From Felis catus (lineage: Eukaryota): DNA of 64,000 bases. The notes under the pieces were generated by a model. That model was not told the DNA's origin and did no database searches. It saw nothing but the letters and a program-made list of their open reading frames with translations. Location of the stretch: assembly GCF_018350175.1 (NCBI RefSeq), contig NC_058369.1, forward strand, positions 27,468,001 through 27,532,000. Reading direction: 5' to 3'. Of the stretch, positions 62,866 through 64,000 are shown piece by piece (position 1 is the first letter of the stretch; each line of letters opens with the position of its first letter). The position numbers and the translations under genes are program-made.

Positions 62866-64000
62866 ATCATAAAGCTTTCCCCTGGCCCCTTAAATATTTC
62901 ACCTATATTGCAGCTTTTGCATCTCATTTAAGGGTCTATCTGGGGACTCCAGCATAAGAACCTCTATTTTAGATGGTCATTACAAACAAAGAAGGGGAAT
63001 TTGCAGGCTAAATAAAGAAGCAGCCATTCTTCATTACAGGCCAGAAGGAATTTGCACATCAAGTGTCTGTCTCCAGAGGGGAAGGGCAAAGTTGGTGTTG
63101 ACACGGTGTTACAGATGAAGGGAAGCTGTGTCCAAGTCCCTCATGTGCCTTAGATGACAAGGAGAGCCAGGCCTTGCCCAAGGTCACATGGCTAGTGCCA
63201 GAGATAACCGGAGCCTTCCAGCTTCCAGAACAGCACTCACCAAACCCTCCCCTCCCCACTCCTATGCTGCCTACCAGAAGCACAGTCATTGCAAGAATTC
63301 AGTGAAGGCTTCCTTCAAAGCATGGCCAGAGAATAATTTAAGGAAATGCAGAATTTACACGACCTTGGTGAGATTAGGGGACAGGTCTTTCCAAGACAGA
63401 TTTGATTCAAGTTGATAAAACCTTTGGAGAGAAGTTATTGCCTTGCTGCCTCATTTGAAAGAGGAAAACTTTCTATTTCTTTGTCCTTAATGAGGGCATA
63501 ACTTCAGAGAGAAAAAGACCTGGTGCTTGAGAGCAAGCCCAATGAAGGCAGCAATCCTGTTTTCTTCCTCATTCAGGTTCAGCAGTGCCCTCAGCCCTGG
63601 CCTGGCCCACGCGAATCCTCAAGAACAAGGCAGATACAGGCCACAGCACTTCCCAACTGCATTTCACATTAACATGAACCCTGGGTGAGCATGGGGCACA
63701 ATTCTGGAATCTATTAATCTCACTGCCACATATGCAGGATGTTTCAGATGAGCTCAGCCAGAGATCTGCAGTATTGGTGTTGTTTTTAAATCAGGAAAAA
63801 AGAAACTCACACTCTCCGTCATGCCAGATGCTCTATCAGATAAATATCACACACAGTGTTTTAGAGAAATATTATGTGATTTGAGAACATCTGCAATTCT
63901 CTAGAACATACTGTTATCAGAAGCTGACTTATACTAAATATCACACATCAGACTTTCCTTCAAAGGTCTTGCACTAAATTTGTCCACTGCAGCACAAATG

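Noticed and set aside
1..64000. CRISPR arrays, operons, prophage, rRNA, endogenous viral coding sequence, NUMT or processed pseudogene
   Set aside because: None seen: no regularly spaced repeat-spacer array, and no long ORF or recognisable protein remnant other than LINE-1.

Overview
This is mammalian (felid-type) non-coding genomic DNA. The carnivore tRNA-derived Can-SINEs include one near-consensus young feline copy, and the LINE-1 sequence is feline-type. I found no host protein-coding exon, RNA gene, CpG island or CRISPR array, so the window reads as intergenic or deep intronic. The only real coding-derived sequence is a degenerate, TSD-flanked LINE-1 (8543-13999, + strand; ORF1 and ORF2 both broken). 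It sits in a multi-layer nest inside an ancient antisense L1M. The rest is about 13 Can-SINEs, a young 5'-truncated L1, MaLR/ERVL solo LTRs, hAT/TcMar MITEs, many MIR/L2 relics, microsatellites and several AT-rich unique blocks dense in homeodomain/PBX motifs that look like developmental enhancers. I see no convincing novel multi-gene system. The best leads are: (i) the L1 appears 5'-complete but has only a ~230-bp 5'UTR (possible spliced retrocopy); (ii) two ancient ~125-bp local direct duplications; (iii) an inverted SINE-in-SINE; (iv) enhancer-like motif clusters. Repeat family names come from remembered consensus sequences, not a database search, and boundaries of old repeats are approximate.
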